The translations under genes and the position numbers were made by a program. This document shows positions 47,194-57,335 of a DNA stretch of 64,000 nucleotides, piece by piece (positions within the stretch are counted from its first letter, which is position 1; each line of letters begins with the position of its first letter). Source of the stretch: a virus; the IMG/VR virus record IMGVR_UViG_3300045988_105861, positions 24,536 through 88,535 of that record. One strand, written 5' to 3'. The notes under the pieces are model-generated. The model searched no databases and was not told where the DNA came from. It saw nothing but the letters and a program-made list of their open reading frames with translations.

Positions 47194-47504
47194 TGTGATA
47201 AGTGATTTTGTTTTATATCAGGTAAGTAATTTGTAATAACATCAAGTGATATCCATAACTCTGGCTCTATGCTGTTTTTTATTCTATCACTGAAAAGAGG
47301 ATTATCATCACAATCACAATGAGAGATTGTGATATAACAATCTTGATAATCCCACCAATGAGCCGATTTAAAATCGTCTCCTCCATTCCAAAACCCTATT
47401 CTTATACCTCTTGGGTTGAAATCTTCATCTATCCAACTTGGGTGATAAGCCAACACTTCTTCTCCCTCTGAAGGTTTTTCCTCTTTGTATTTCTTCCAGT
47501 CCAT
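47190..47504 (-). CDS. Trp-rich small protein (104 aa), possibly DUF551-like.
   Basis: MDWKKYKEEKPSEGEEVLAY...W..W pattern. Tentative. Confidence 0.45.
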   Translation of the reverse strand: MDWKKYKEEKPSEGEEVLAYHPSWIDEDFNPRGIRIGFWNGGDDFKSAHWWDYQDCYITISHCDCDDNPLFSDRIKNSIEPELWISLDVITNYLPDIKQNHLSQ

Positions 47505-47515
47505 TTCACTTTTAA

Positions 47516-48313
47516 TTAGTTAGATACAAATATACAAGTTTTACTAAGATACCCTTCTGTCATCTCTATAAAGTTCACACAATCCAATTTGCTTAATTTG
47601 TAAATCAATGCCGGATTGTGTATTATAGCTATAATTTGTGTTTTTGGTTTATGAAATGACAATACATTATAAATTTGCATTATGTTGTCAATGTCAAGAT
47701 TCCTGTCTGGCTCATCCATGAGAACCGTGTATTCAAAACCGCTTTCTGTTAATGTTATGCGGTTTCTTTTATAATACTTCAACAGGTTATCAATTCTTTT
47801 AATCCAAAACGCATTTGATTTTTTCTTGTATTCTACAAGATCTTGTATTGGAAATGTATAATCCTTTTGACCGAACATTAAATTGAAAAGTGATTCCAAT
47901 GATAACACCACTTTTTCTCCATAAGATTTTTGAATGCTATTCACATACAAATCGAAATTGCTGATGTTTTTTAATACACTATCTCGATTTGTCTCCGACG
48001 ATGGCAATAAACGGAATACTTTCCCTGCATAATCGGATGATATATCAATCCCATCAAAAACCTTACCATCGTCATCAAATATAGGTAGAAAGTCCAGTGC
48101 CTCGATCGGTATTTCAGAGCACATGGATTTCTCGCATAACGCATACATTGATATGATGTTAAGCAAAGTTGATTTTCCACTACCGTTTTTACCTATAATT
48201 ACATTCACTCCTGGCTTGAAAATAAATTCTCTGCCATTTTCAAATGCTTCTATGTCCGAAACGTATTCAAAAGGAGTTTTTGTATTGTCTTTTATTTTTA
48301 TGGATGTTATCAT
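47516..48313 (-). CDS. P-loop ATPase of the ABC/RecF/OLD-like (AAA_15/21-type) family (265 aa).
   Basis: Walker A VIIGKNGSGKST. Walker B plus D-loop LMDEPDRNLD. No ABC signature LSGGQ seen. Confidence 0.7.
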   Translation of the reverse strand: MITSIKIKDNTKTPFEYVSDIEAFENGREFIFKPGVNVIIGKNGSGKSTLLNIISMYALCEKSMCSEIPIEALDFLPIFDDDGKVFDGIDISSDYAGKVFRLLPSSETNRDSVLKNISNFDLYVNSIQKSYGEKVVLSLESLFNLMFGQKDYTFPIQDLVEYKKKSNAFWIKRIDNLLKYYKRNRITLTESGFEYTVLMDEPDRNLDIDNIMQIYNVLSFHKPKTQIIAIIHNPALIYKLSKLDCVNFIEMTEGYLSKTCIFVSN

Positions 48314-48325
48314 ATGTAATCCTTT

Positions 48326-49165
48326 TTAAAAATCAATTACCGCCCGAACCCTGTAACTATTGTACTCAATGTTGCTGTGCGTGCCGCCATTGGAGAAGCT
48401 CACGAACCATGCGCTGACCTGGCTGTACTCGGTACTGGACCAATACCACGCCGAGGAGAGGGGAGATGCCGAAACATAAGCGAATGCTTTGTTTAGTTCG
48501 TCCATATGATGGGCCATTAAATTTAATTGACCAAGAGATGGTATATACTCGTCATCTTCCAGCAGATTTCTCAATTTTGGATTTCTGGCTACAAGGCGTT
48601 CCGTATTGCCGCGTCCGTCAATATCAAACAGCGCATCACATTCACGTTCGTAATATGTCTCACTTCCGGATTCTCCACGGCTATCATTGTCAAGCAACCG
48701 TACGCTATCATGCTCCGTCAGTGAGATTGCAAATGACATGTATCCGTGCTTCAACCCGATGTATCGTACACAATCTTTGGAATTATCGCCGGTAAACAGC
48801 TCAGCGTGTCCGTCTCTGTAGATTAAATACAAGCCATTTTCTCTTGATGGCACTCTATTTTCACATACGCATCTTTCATTTTTGGGTCTTACAATTATGT
48901 TCAACTCATTCAACACATGATCTTTTATAACCTCCCCACATATTTTCCTTACAAAACCATAGCCTTCTTTTTGTTTAAGTTCGTCATTCACCATACATCT
49001 AATCCAATGCTCTATCTGATTGTTTCCTCCGTATGTATTATGCATATACCGTTTTACAAGCTTTTCCAATAATGGTTCTATGTTTTTGATTATATCTTCT
49101 TTGGTAAGGTGAAGTTCATTTAGTATGCAGTTTCTTACCGCCTTGTATTCTTTACTTGTGCTCAT
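48326..49165 (-). CDS. Protein (279 aa) with a C-terminal DUF1566/FISUMP-like domain.
   Basis: C-terminus SAWYWSSTEYSQVSAWFVSFSNGGTHSNIEYNSYRVRAV. Starts 13 nt upstream of the ATPase gene. Contains a GC-rich patch at 48361-48470. Confidence 0.55.
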   Translation of the reverse strand: MSTSKEYKAVRNCILNELHLTKEDIIKNIEPLLEKLVKRYMHNTYGGNNQIEHWIRCMVNDELKQKEGYGFVRKICGEVIKDHVLNELNIIVRPKNERCVCENRVPSRENGLYLIYRDGHAELFTGDNSKDCVRYIGLKHGYMSFAISLTEHDSVRLLDNDSRGESGSETYYERECDALFDIDGRGNTERLVARNPKLRNLLEDDEYIPSLGQLNLMAHHMDELNKAFAYVSASPLSSAWYWSSTEYSQVSAWFVSFSNGGTHSNIEYNSYRVRAVIDF

Positions 49166-49188
49166 AATATTCTATTATTTTTTTTCAA

Positions 49189-49851
49189 TTAGTCCCATCC
49201 TCCAGTAGTGTACAAAGATACATCTTCCTCCTCTACATTTACACCTTTAAGAGCCTGTAGAAGTTTTTTCTTTGTCTCCCGGCACATATTGTAACCATAT
49301 CCTTTATACCGATATGAGCGCTCCCATGTGCTTACCGGAAAAGGAATATTTTCGTCAATTACCAGCCTCTTCATATGAAGATGTTCGAAGAATTTCTCAT
49401 GGTAGAGAAGTTTATACTCGTATCCTACTACATCAGTAGATGAGAATGGAAAATAATCATCTTCCTTTTCTTCGTATTTAGGCTCCTTGTAGTAAGCCAT
49501 TTTTGCCACAGTAAAGTCGAAGCTCCTGAGAATCTCTTCTGGCTTTCCGAACTCTGACTCTATGAACTCTACCCAAACCTTTTCTCCCTCTTTCTGGAGC
49601 GCACATACCTTCTCATTTCTGTACTTAAATTTCCATCCTTCTTTCTGATGTTTTTCATCATTGAACAAATCAACAGCTTCCTGAAAATCGCTTTCACTTT
49701 CAAAGAAAATATCAATATCTTTTACTTTTTCTCCGGAAAGGATATTCTTAAAACATCCACCAGCTATAAATCCTTTGTGGCCTTCCATATACTTGTCAAG
49801 CCATCTTATTTGCCAGAAATTATCTGGAGTATCTATTATAAAATTGTTCAT
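49189..49851 (-). CDS. Pol-beta-superfamily nucleotidyltransferase with a CCA-adding-enzyme-like head motif (220 aa).
   Basis: FIAGGCFKNILSGEKVKDIDIFF matches the hG[GS]x9-13DhDh motif and resembles the class II CCA-enzyme head (LVGGAVRDLLLG..KDIDI). Confidence 0.55.
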   Translation of the reverse strand: MNNFIIDTPDNFWQIRWLDKYMEGHKGFIAGGCFKNILSGEKVKDIDIFFESESDFQEAVDLFNDEKHQKEGWKFKYRNEKVCALQKEGEKVWVEFIESEFGKPEEILRSFDFTVAKMAYYKEPKYEEKEDDYFPFSSTDVVGYEYKLLYHEKFFEHLHMKRLVIDENIPFPVSTWERSYRYKGYGYNMCRETKKKLLQALKGVNVEEEDVSLYTTGGWD

Positions 49852-49869
49852 ATTGCTTATGTTTTGCCG

Positions 49870-50124
49870 TTACCAAGCGAGATAAAAATTCCGCTTCACA
49901 ATAATACAATGAGTGTAATTACTCAGGTCGATTCCGTTGTCCGTAAATGCATCCAGGACCCGTTTTTCCACGTATTTGAGTTTTACTGTTATCCCCTTCT
50001 TAAACACTTCTATTAACTTCTCATTGCACTCAATAGGTCCAATAAGACAGTATCTATTCGAAGGACTGTCTGATATACAATATGTCTGACATCCTAACAT
50101 GTTGCTTAAAATTACTTCGTTCAT
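49870..50124 (-). CDS. Small hypothetical protein (84 aa).
   Basis: ORF. Confidence 0.45.
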   Translation of the reverse strand: MNEVILSNMLGCQTYCISDSPSNRYCLIGPIECNEKLIEVFKKGITVKLKYVEKRVLDAFTDNGIDLSNYTHCIIVKRNFYLAW

Positions 50125-50131
50125 AATTTCT

Positions 50132-50608
50132 CTATGATTCTAATATGGTGTCTACAAACTCCGTTATTTTATCAACGGATTCTTTTGATAAGGTATATCT
50201 TCTCCAATCCCATCTAAAATGCGCTTTTGGGAGATTTTTAGTAGAATATTTTTCATTTCCGTCCTTGTTAGTCCATTCGTAATTATCCTCTGGATCCGCC
50301 ACTTTTATCCCCGATTTAGGTCCGTTACGAAAGCTATATAGCATTCTTATAACCGATTCAAAATCCGAACCTATATCAAATAGCATATGATACACCTTGT
50401 TTATTAAAGCCCTATCAGCTTGTTCCAAGTCTTCACCAAACAACTCTCTTACACTCCAATTTTTCATTTCTGAATAACGAATGAAATTAAGTTTCCCTTT
50501 TTCTATATTAGGATTTTTTCTTGATAATACAAGCTCCAAATCTTTCACAAATGATTCTTTTAGCTTCTGTTGTCCTAACAAGGCGGTGTATTTGCTTACT
50601 ATATCCAT
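50132..50608 (-). CDS. Hypothetical protein (158 aa).
   Basis: ORF. Confidence 0.55.
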   Translation of the reverse strand: MDIVSKYTALLGQQKLKESFVKDLELVLSRKNPNIEKGKLNFIRYSEMKNWSVRELFGEDLEQADRALINKVYHMLFDIGSDFESVIRMLYSFRNGPKSGIKVADPEDNYEWTNKDGNEKYSTKNLPKAHFRWDWRRYTLSKESVDKITEFVDTILES

Positions 50609-50832
50609 TATCCAAAGTTTTTTAATATTGCTTCAAACGAATCATATTTAATCCCTAATGTATCATGCGCCTTTTGGGATCCACATTCACATTCTCCTAC
50701 CTTATGTTCTGATCCACAATCGCATAAGTCGATCCCCAAATGGTTGACGCAGTGGTCGCAGCAGCAGGACTGGTGAAGCCATGTGGCATCACCAGCATCC
50801 AAATCCAATTTTTCAAATGTTTCCCAAAACAT
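50608..50832 (-). CDS. Small Cys-rich protein (74 aa).
   Basis: CCCDHCVNH...CDCGSEHKVGECECGS. Confidence 0.45.
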   Translation of the reverse strand: MFWETFEKLDLDAGDATWLHQSCCCDHCVNHLGIDLCDCGSEHKVGECECGSQKAHDTLGIKYDSFEAILKNFG

Positions 50833-50902
50833 GCTATTCGAAGCTCCATTATCAAATCTGATAGTGACTGCACTGCATTTACATTTTGTATGTATTCTAT
50901 TT

Positions 50903-51151
50903 TCATATATGTTCCATTTTCAAAATTTCTGGGGACAGATATTCTTGTAACTCCAATTTGCGTATTGGAACAAGACAATCCAGATGTTTAGCATCCATTT
51001 CTTGCTTATCTTCATCTACCCACGTTAAAGTACCTTCACTGCTACATTCCGGGCATTTGTCAGCTCCACATGGAAGAAGCATTTGTGCTCCACATAAGAC
51101 ACATCTTACCCAGTCTCCGTGCTGCACCCCTTCGTATGTTCTTGTTTTCAT
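50903..51151 (-). CDS. Small zinc-ribbon protein (82 aa).
   Basis: CVLCG...CGADKCPEC. Confidence 0.5.
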   Translation of the reverse strand: MKTRTYEGVQHGDWVRCVLCGAQMLLPCGADKCPECSSEGTLTWVDEDKQEMDAKHLDCLVPIRKLELQEYLSPEILKMEHI

Positions 51152-51153
51152 AT

Positions 51154-51348
51154 TTATTGTTTATCATTTATAACATTTACTTCTTTACTCCACAAACGTC
51201 TCTTATATATCGGAGTGATGCCGATCAGAATACCACTATCTTCGCCCCAATACTGAAGTATTTTGGACTCAATTTTATGATGCAATTCTTGTATTCCTCC
51301 TTTGTTCCTGTCATAAGGAGAAAAATCGGATAATTTCACCGTTTTCAT
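51154..51348 (-). CDS. Small hypothetical protein (64 aa).
   Basis: ORF. Confidence 0.4.
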   Translation of the reverse strand: MKTVKLSDFSPYDRNKGGIQELHHKIESKILQYWGEDSGILIGITPIYKRRLWSKEVNVINDKQ

Positions 51349-51475
51349 TTTTTTTCTGGATTTTCAGTAATTCCCAAAAGACACTCGTTACCCTCAAAAG
51401 GAATACAATGAACAAACACCACCCCATTCAAACATTCATATTTAGTCTCCCCATCCTGATCGTCTGTAATTGTTC

Positions 51476-51700
51476 TTATGAATAAATTGCCCTCCCAATT
51501 GTCATCTTCATAATATTCCCGTTAAACTCATGGACAAACTTATTGTAATAATGCTCTCCCATAACTTTCCCGTATTTTTCCATGAACAAATCTTTGTCCA
51601 ACGACTCATCCTTAAAACAACGGTTGTAATCCCATCTTACAACACGAAACAATGTTTCAAAATTCAATCTTTCCATATCCTGTATTTTATTTAAGCTCAA
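51476..51700 (-). CDS. Small hypothetical protein (74 aa).
   Basis: ORF. Confidence 0.4.
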   Translation of the reverse strand: MSLNKIQDMERLNFETLFRVVRWDYNRCFKDESLDKDLFMEKYGKVMGEHYYNKFVHEFNGNIMKMTIGRAIYS

Positions 51701-52583
51701 ACCTAATATCTTCCGGCAACTGAGAGCGGTCCACCTTGTTCACAAAATCATCAAACTCTTCCTGTGTGATTTTTTCTCCATAACTGTTCCAGTTGAAAGA
51801 TAAAGTATTTAAGTGAGGGTAATATATAGCATTATCAGTAGACAACCCATAATCAAACACACAGAGCATTATCTTTTTTTCTGCTTCTGCTTGTCTGATT
51901 CTCTTATCGTATCGCTCACAAATTTCAGCACGCTTTTTCAACATCTCTGCCTTATGATCCTCTTCCCTACGTTTTTCGATATTTTCTGCGGAATAATACC
52001 TGGCTTTAACGCGCTCTTCAATAAGAGATCGTTCCTCGTCCGTTAATGTCAAAGTAAACCTTTCCTTTTCCGGCGTATGCGGATTTACCCATTTCTTGCC
52101 ACACAGGTCTTCAAGTTCAACAAGAAGCTCGTCTGATTCACGTTTCCATCTATCCACAATCCCCAGATTGAAAAGCATATATTTGAAATACAGCTCATCC
52201 TCAGAAGCTATATATAATTTTACGCATTCTTGTTCTGATATACGCAGATACTTCATTGCCACAGATATACCACTTTTTCTAATATGATATATTCCATTTC
52301 TAACCGGATACATAGGAGCACCATAATGATTACTGCAATGCAATGGTATAAATTTCGCCAATTCCGGAAAATGTTTTGCAACCTCACCGTGGCAGCAACC
52401 TCCCATATACTCTACATACGTTCCTTGTTGATCTTTCTGTCTAATATCAGCCGTTACGCTCCAGTCACACATATTGTTATGACAATCATCATCTAAAGAT
52501 ATTGTGACTGTTATTCTGTATTCTTCTTTGTTTTCTATAAAGAATTTTGTACTTGAATAAATTAGTTTGTTTGCAGTTTCCAT
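51687..52583 (-). CDS. Hypothetical protein (298 aa).
   Basis: ORF. Confidence 0.6.
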   Translation of the reverse strand: METANKLIYSSTKFFIENKEEYRITVTISLDDDCHNNMCDWSVTADIRQKDQQGTYVEYMGGCCHGEVAKHFPELAKFIPLHCSNHYGAPMYPVRNGIYHIRKSGISVAMKYLRISEQECVKLYIASEDELYFKYMLFNLGIVDRWKRESDELLVELEDLCGKKWVNPHTPEKERFTLTLTDEERSLIEERVKARYYSAENIEKRREEDHKAEMLKKRAEICERYDKRIRQAEAEKKIMLCVFDYGLSTDNAIYYPHLNTLSFNWNSYGEKITQEEFDDFVNKVDRSQLPEDIRFELK

Positions 52584-52594
52584 ATTATTTTAGT

Positions 52595-52831
52595 TTAATC
52601 ATTACGCTTGTAAAAAATAAAATCTGCACATTCCCCCGGTGTATTATTAGCGTTATTGTACCAATAAAAACCTTCTGTTTTCCAGTCTACATCTACGGGA
52701 TCTTCTTTTACTCGTTCCAAGAAATTCCTTATTTCTCGTTCTTCATTATCTGACAAACCTGTATAATCACCATTTATCAGAGCACGAGCCCAATAAACTG
52801 GAAGCCTGTATCTTGTTACCTTTATACTCAT
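52595..52831 (-). CDS. Small hypothetical protein (78 aa).
   Basis: ORF. Confidence 0.45.
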   Translation of the reverse strand: MSIKVTRYRLPVYWARALINGDYTGLSDNEEREIRNFLERVKEDPVDVDWKTEGFYWYNNANNTPGECADFIFYKRND

Positions 52832-53220
52832 ATCTTCATTAGTTTACAATTACTATCTTCAAATACAGGGACCATGCCCTGTCCCCTGAAATAAGCAGTA
52901 GCTAACTTAAAAGCGTACAGCGGATTCACTTTCTTAATTTCTCGCTGTGATTTATAGAAAGATAACGGCTGACATATATAGAAATTTTCATTGCCAAGAC
53001 TCCCAAAAAGCCAATCCATACTACCTTCATCACAATTAGTGCCACCCAGTATTATTAAATCACATCCGGTCTTCCGGGTCCCTAAGATGAATGTCTTGTT
53101 CTTATTCTCTGGCCGCATAAATATCTCTTTATCAATATTAAACCAATCACTTTGGCAACTTTCTACATCCCTTAGAACGATCTCGTCAATCTCACGGGCA
53201 TATTCTTCTTGTGTTTTCAT
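52828..53220 (-). CDS. Hypothetical protein (130 aa).
   Basis: ORF. Confidence 0.55.
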   Translation of the reverse strand: MKTQEEYAREIDEIVLRDVESCQSDWFNIDKEIFMRPENKNKTFILGTRKTGCDLIILGGTNCDEGSMDWLFGSLGNENFYICQPLSFYKSQREIKKVNPLYAFKLATAYFRGQGMVPVFEDSNCKLMKI

Positions 53221-53232
53221 AAGGCATGTTAT

Positions 53233-53775
53233 TTAAAAGAAACTCCAACAATATGTCACAATAAATTCCCTCATTCCGTATTCGGCAAGCTGCTGAAACG
53301 ATTCTATCCCATTACAATAATAAAAAACATTATCATTATCATCATCGTTGATACTCAGCGATAGTTTGATTGTCACTCTTTTATCGTCTCCTGTTTCTTT
53401 CCACACAATCTGACATTCTACGTATTCAGGCTCCTTACCTGTTCTTTCTACAAATTCAAGGAATCTTAAATCAATTTCATATTTGACTCCTTCAACATTA
53501 GATATCACTACCTCGTTTTCACAATCACTGCAAATAGCATGCATGAAAGCTCCATCAAAATAATCTATTATTTTTCCGGTATTCGGATTTACTATAGCTT
53601 CACAGGCAACATTTGTTCCACCACATCTTGTACATATATATCCCATAATTATCTGTTTTTTAAAATGTTCAACAATTTCATCTACTGTAGCCTTACGCCA
53701 CGCAAAGCAGGCCCCGTCTCCCCTGAACCGGAGCTCTTCGCACTTTACCCACCTGTCTCCTGTGGCGTCCGTCAC
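53233..53775 (-). CDS. Cys-rich hypothetical protein (180 aa).
   Basis: ORF with multiple CxxC pairs. Confidence 0.55.
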   Translation of the reverse strand: MTDATGDRWVKCEELRFRGDGACFAWRKATVDEIVEHFKKQIIMGYICTRCGGTNVACEAIVNPNTGKIIDYFDGAFMHAICSDCENEVVISNVEGVKYEIDLRFLEFVERTGKEPEYVECQIVWKETGDDKRVTIKLSLSINDDDNDNVFYYCNGIESFQQLAEYGMREFIVTYCWSFF

Positions 53776-53791
53776 TATCAGCCATTATAAC

Positions 53792-54601
53792 CTATTCTTC
53801 TAAGCCATTCTCTATCATGACTTCCTTTATCAATTCATCTGTCTCCTCGTAACATCCCCAGCAAGAATCAACCTCTTCCCATTCTTCACAATCTTCATCC
53901 TCCCTTGATTCGTCTTTGTATTTCTTGGTAAATGCTACCTTCTTTTCAAGAACGTACCCTTTTACATCTCCCCACATCCACATACCTATGGACTTTACTT
54001 CATCATCTATAATCTTGGCACAATCTTCTTTCCAATCTCCTTCTTTGTCGCAGACTTCATTATCATATTTTTCTTTTGTAGCGTATGCTATCCCTTTTAT
54101 ATAATCACCTTGACTATAACCCCTTGTTGACCACTCTATAGCCACCACATCTTTTCCGTATTTGGATATGATATCTAACAAATCTTCGTCATCCAGATCC
54201 TCTATTAATTCTCCTCTGTAATCAAAGTCCGTCAAATCACTTGGAAAAAACTCTTGACCTATATATGGACTTGTCTTATGCTTCAACTCCCATACATTGT
54301 CACCTCTGTTGTATGTAAATGAGATCTCATTCGCTTCCCCTTTCTTTAAATATTTTACAATGTCTTTCTGTTTTATATGCTTCATTACAATAGCATCAAT
54401 AACATCTCTAAGATCATGCTTGTTATCGTAGAAGAAAGTTTTCCAATTGCATTCATCATGCAATCGATGCGTATCAGAGTATTCAAAAAAGAATGACCCA
54501 AACAAACCCCAATTAGTTATAGGGCATTCTGAATCATGACAATAATACACTTTAATGCGATAATCGCCTACTTCTTTTGTTGTAATAAGATCGTCTTCCA
54601 T
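53792..54601 (-). CDS. Acidic hypothetical protein (269 aa).
   Basis: ORF. Confidence 0.6.
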   Translation of the reverse strand: MEDDLITTKEVGDYRIKVYYCHDSECPITNWGLFGSFFFEYSDTHRLHDECNWKTFFYDNKHDLRDVIDAIVMKHIKQKDIVKYLKKGEANEISFTYNRGDNVWELKHKTSPYIGQEFFPSDLTDFDYRGELIEDLDDEDLLDIISKYGKDVVAIEWSTRGYSQGDYIKGIAYATKEKYDNEVCDKEGDWKEDCAKIIDDEVKSIGMWMWGDVKGYVLEKKVAFTKKYKDESREDEDCEEWEEVDSCWGCYEETDELIKEVMIENGLEE

Positions 54602-54612
54602 GTCTTTATATT

Positions 54613-55071
54613 TTAAATAGTTCCTAACTTTTTATCAATAAATTCATCTATTTCATCATAGTATGATCCATCGAAATCATAATTCCCATATTTCTCTGTA
54701 AACTCTTTAGCCCACTCTCGAATGATGTTAAATGCCTGTTCCCTGCTATATTCTTTTGGTCCTGTTAGATACTCCACAGCTTCCACCGATAACTCTTGCA
54801 GATTTCGTAAGTAATTTAAACCTATGCTATATGGTAGCTTACCTACTTCTATACATACATGATGACCTTGTTTAAAGGCATCCTGTAAATCTTCCAAACT
54901 TTCTATCAATGACTCGGACTCATCATCTACTCTCACCTTGTATAACTCAAAATCTTCATTTTCTGCCGACACCCATATCTTGTAGGCTTTTTCGTTGGAC
55001 AATCTTTTCCAAACAAATCCGTCACTGAATACAATTAGGCTGCCTGTTACTATCGTATTTTTCATAATCAC
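54613..55071 (-). CDS. Hypothetical protein (152 aa).
   Basis: ORF. Confidence 0.55.
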   Translation of the reverse strand: MIMKNTIVTGSLIVFSDGFVWKRLSNEKAYKIWVSAENEDFELYKVRVDDESESLIESLEDLQDAFKQGHHVCIEVGKLPYSIGLNYLRNLQELSVEAVEYLTGPKEYSREQAFNIIREWAKEFTEKYGNYDFDGSYYDEIDEFIDKKLGTI

Positions 55072-55074
55072 TTT

Positions 55075-55389
55075 CTAATCTGTTACTCTGTAATAATAAT
55101 CAAGTTCTTCTCCCTTAAAGTTGTTCATGGCATACTCGTCAGCTTCCCGCCACAACCGGTCATACAATGCAGCCAGTTCACGATTGCTTTTATAATGTTG
55201 CCAGATTTTATGATTCAATACCAGCGTCAATTCTGTAAAGAACTTATAATCGTCTTTCCATTCGCTGAACGCACGTTTGTAGGTATCTTTGACACCTGCT
55301 ATACCATACTTGTCGGCTATGCTGAAATCTTCCCAAAAGGTAGTTATCAGGTCATAGCCGTTCTCTTGCATAAATTCTTTAAATGTCAT
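55075..55389 (-). CDS. Hypothetical protein (104 aa).
   Basis: ORF. Confidence 0.5.
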   Translation of the reverse strand: MTFKEFMQENGYDLITTFWEDFSIADKYGIAGVKDTYKRAFSEWKDDYKFFTELTLVLNHKIWQHYKSNRELAALYDRLWREADEYAMNNFKGEELDYYYRVTD

Positions 55390-55396
55390 ATACTAA

Positions 55397-56092
55397 CTAT
55401 TTAAAGGCAATTCCATAATTACTCCAAAACTTTACTTGTTGACACAGATTCCACGGCATAGTTTTATATGCTTGGAAATATTCCCACTCGATTTTATCCT
55501 CAAAGCCGGGACAATGATGTTTGACGTAAGCATAAAACTCATCATGCTTCTGTTTTGCAAAATCATCCCCTTCTTCATCCAGCATGACAATTTTTGGTTT
55601 GTTTGCCTCCCGACATTGTTTTGCGGTTTGATAGAATCGCCGAAAGTGTTCGGCATAATACTCGTTTCCGCTATAATCAACGAAGGTAACTTTACCTCCA
55701 TAAATTTTGCAAACCCTTAAAGGTTCCCGTGTTGCTCTCTTTACCGGTCTTGAACCATCCCATAGCCAACCACAGAACTGTATGCCATCCCAGACAAGAT
55801 ACGGTAAGTATTTTAAAGAAAAAGACTCTATATTCAACACCTCATATTGTACAGGATTGGTTTCTTGTGCTGCATCTTCAGCGGTTTTGTATATGGGCAT
55901 ACTTACCTTAAATTTTTCCTCTCCCAATTTGCTGCCAAACCAAAAGATATGTTCGGTATCCACGTTGTTTCCACAAATACCGGTATCTTTTATTCTCATG
56001 CCGCGATATTCTGCTTCACGAATCACTCCGTTTCTGTGCATAAATACCCTTGTTCCAAAGGGGAACGGGTAAACTGATACTTTTCTTTCCAT
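55397..56092 (-). CDS. Hypothetical protein (231 aa).
   Basis: ORF. Confidence 0.6.
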   Translation of the reverse strand: MERKVSVYPFPFGTRVFMHRNGVIREAEYRGMRIKDTGICGNNVDTEHIFWFGSKLGEEKFKVSMPIYKTAEDAAQETNPVQYEVLNIESFSLKYLPYLVWDGIQFCGWLWDGSRPVKRATREPLRVCKIYGGKVTFVDYSGNEYYAEHFRRFYQTAKQCREANKPKIVMLDEEGDDFAKQKHDEFYAYVKHHCPGFEDKIEWEYFQAYKTMPWNLCQQVKFWSNYGIAFK

Positions 56093-56142
56093 ATTGTTTT
56101 ATTTATAGATTAAAATTCAGCAATATAACTATATACATAATT

Positions 56143-56898
56143 TTATTTTCCCCAGCACCAAAAATTTACAGCGTATTTCCCGGTAGTTATAAATATCTTA
56201 CCTCCTCCTATCTCCGCAAGTATGTTCTCTCCAAATATCCTTGTAGGAAGCGGTATGTACTTTGCATCTATAGGTAAATCCTGGGTTTCTTTTATAGGTC
56301 TATATGACACAAACGCTTTGTTCTCATATACCATCTCAATATACAGCCCATCTGGTGATTCAAACACGTCTTTCCTTTTCTGCCTCATCCCAGATCGTAT
56401 TAACTGTTCTTTCCAAGATTGAATATATAATTTTCTACAGGTCTCATTTATCTTATTAATAACCTCTTCCTTAAATTCGTAATACTCATATATACGACCT
56501 TTGTATTCGGCTATCATTTCTTTAATCTTACTTTCAGATGCCCATAACCCACAATACACATAGCAATCCAATAATCTATCTACTGAAGAAACACCGATCA
56601 ACATCATTTTGGAAAATGGATTTCCCTCTTTTTCCAATTCTTCTCTTGCTCTGTCTGTCACTGCATCCCACCATTGCCCTTCGCATTTCTCTACCTCCCC
56701 ATTATCAAGTACGACATCAAACTTTCTACCTCCGAAAGCTTCTCTTCTTTCATTTCTCTTTGCAAGGAAATCATAAAATATACCTCCTATTCTTCCAATA
56801 ATGGTATCATCTCCGTACTTTGTGCTAATTTTATCAGACATTTCATCGAAGACAAGGAACTTCGATTCTCCTGACTCTACTAAATATAATAGCTTCAT
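56143..56898 (-). CDS. Hypothetical protein (251 aa).
   Basis: ORF. Confidence 0.6.
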   Translation of the reverse strand: MKLLYLVESGESKFLVFDEMSDKISTKYGDDTIIGRIGGIFYDFLAKRNERREAFGGRKFDVVLDNGEVEKCEGQWWDAVTDRAREELEKEGNPFSKMMLIGVSSVDRLLDCYVYCGLWASESKIKEMIAEYKGRIYEYYEFKEEVINKINETCRKLYIQSWKEQLIRSGMRQKRKDVFESPDGLYIEMVYENKAFVSYRPIKETQDLPIDAKYIPLPTRIFGENILAEIGGGKIFITTGKYAVNFWCWGK

Positions 56899-56909
56899 GA
56901 TTTATCTCT

Positions 56910-57335
56910 TTAGATGTAAGTTATGCTGCCAACATTAATCTGCATTATATCGTTTTCCAACGTAATGAAATTATTTTGTTTTATGGGCCCAAACATCAAT
57001 CCATATACACTTACTGTATTAAACAGCCTAACAGTGTGAAAATCTTCATTTGGCTCTACCCTGTTTTTATCCCAATATCCCAAATCGTTGATAGTTGCCG
57101 GGAATCCTCCTACGTCGTTATACTTATAGTAATCGTTTTGATTGAAAACGATTCCCTTTATTAACAGGTTCCCGATGCTTTTCATGTTGAATCCGGACAA
57201 CGCGATCTGCTCTGAGATATAACTAATCAAACAGTTATGATACGGGTTTGGCTTATCTCCTCTCTCGTTAATAATTTTCTTCCATTTCTTCGTTAATGGA
57301 ACCCTACAAACATTTGTATTGTTTTCGTCGTTCAC
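56910..57335 (-). CDS. Hypothetical protein (141 aa) with a GTG start.
   Basis: ORF. Confidence 0.5.
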   Translation of the reverse strand: MNDENNTNVCRVPLTKKWKKIINERGDKPNPYHNCLISYISEQIALSGFNMKSIGNLLIKGIVFNQNDYYKYNDVGGFPATINDLGYWDKNRVEPNEDFHTVRLFNTVSVYGLMFGPIKQNNFITLENDIMQINVGSITYI

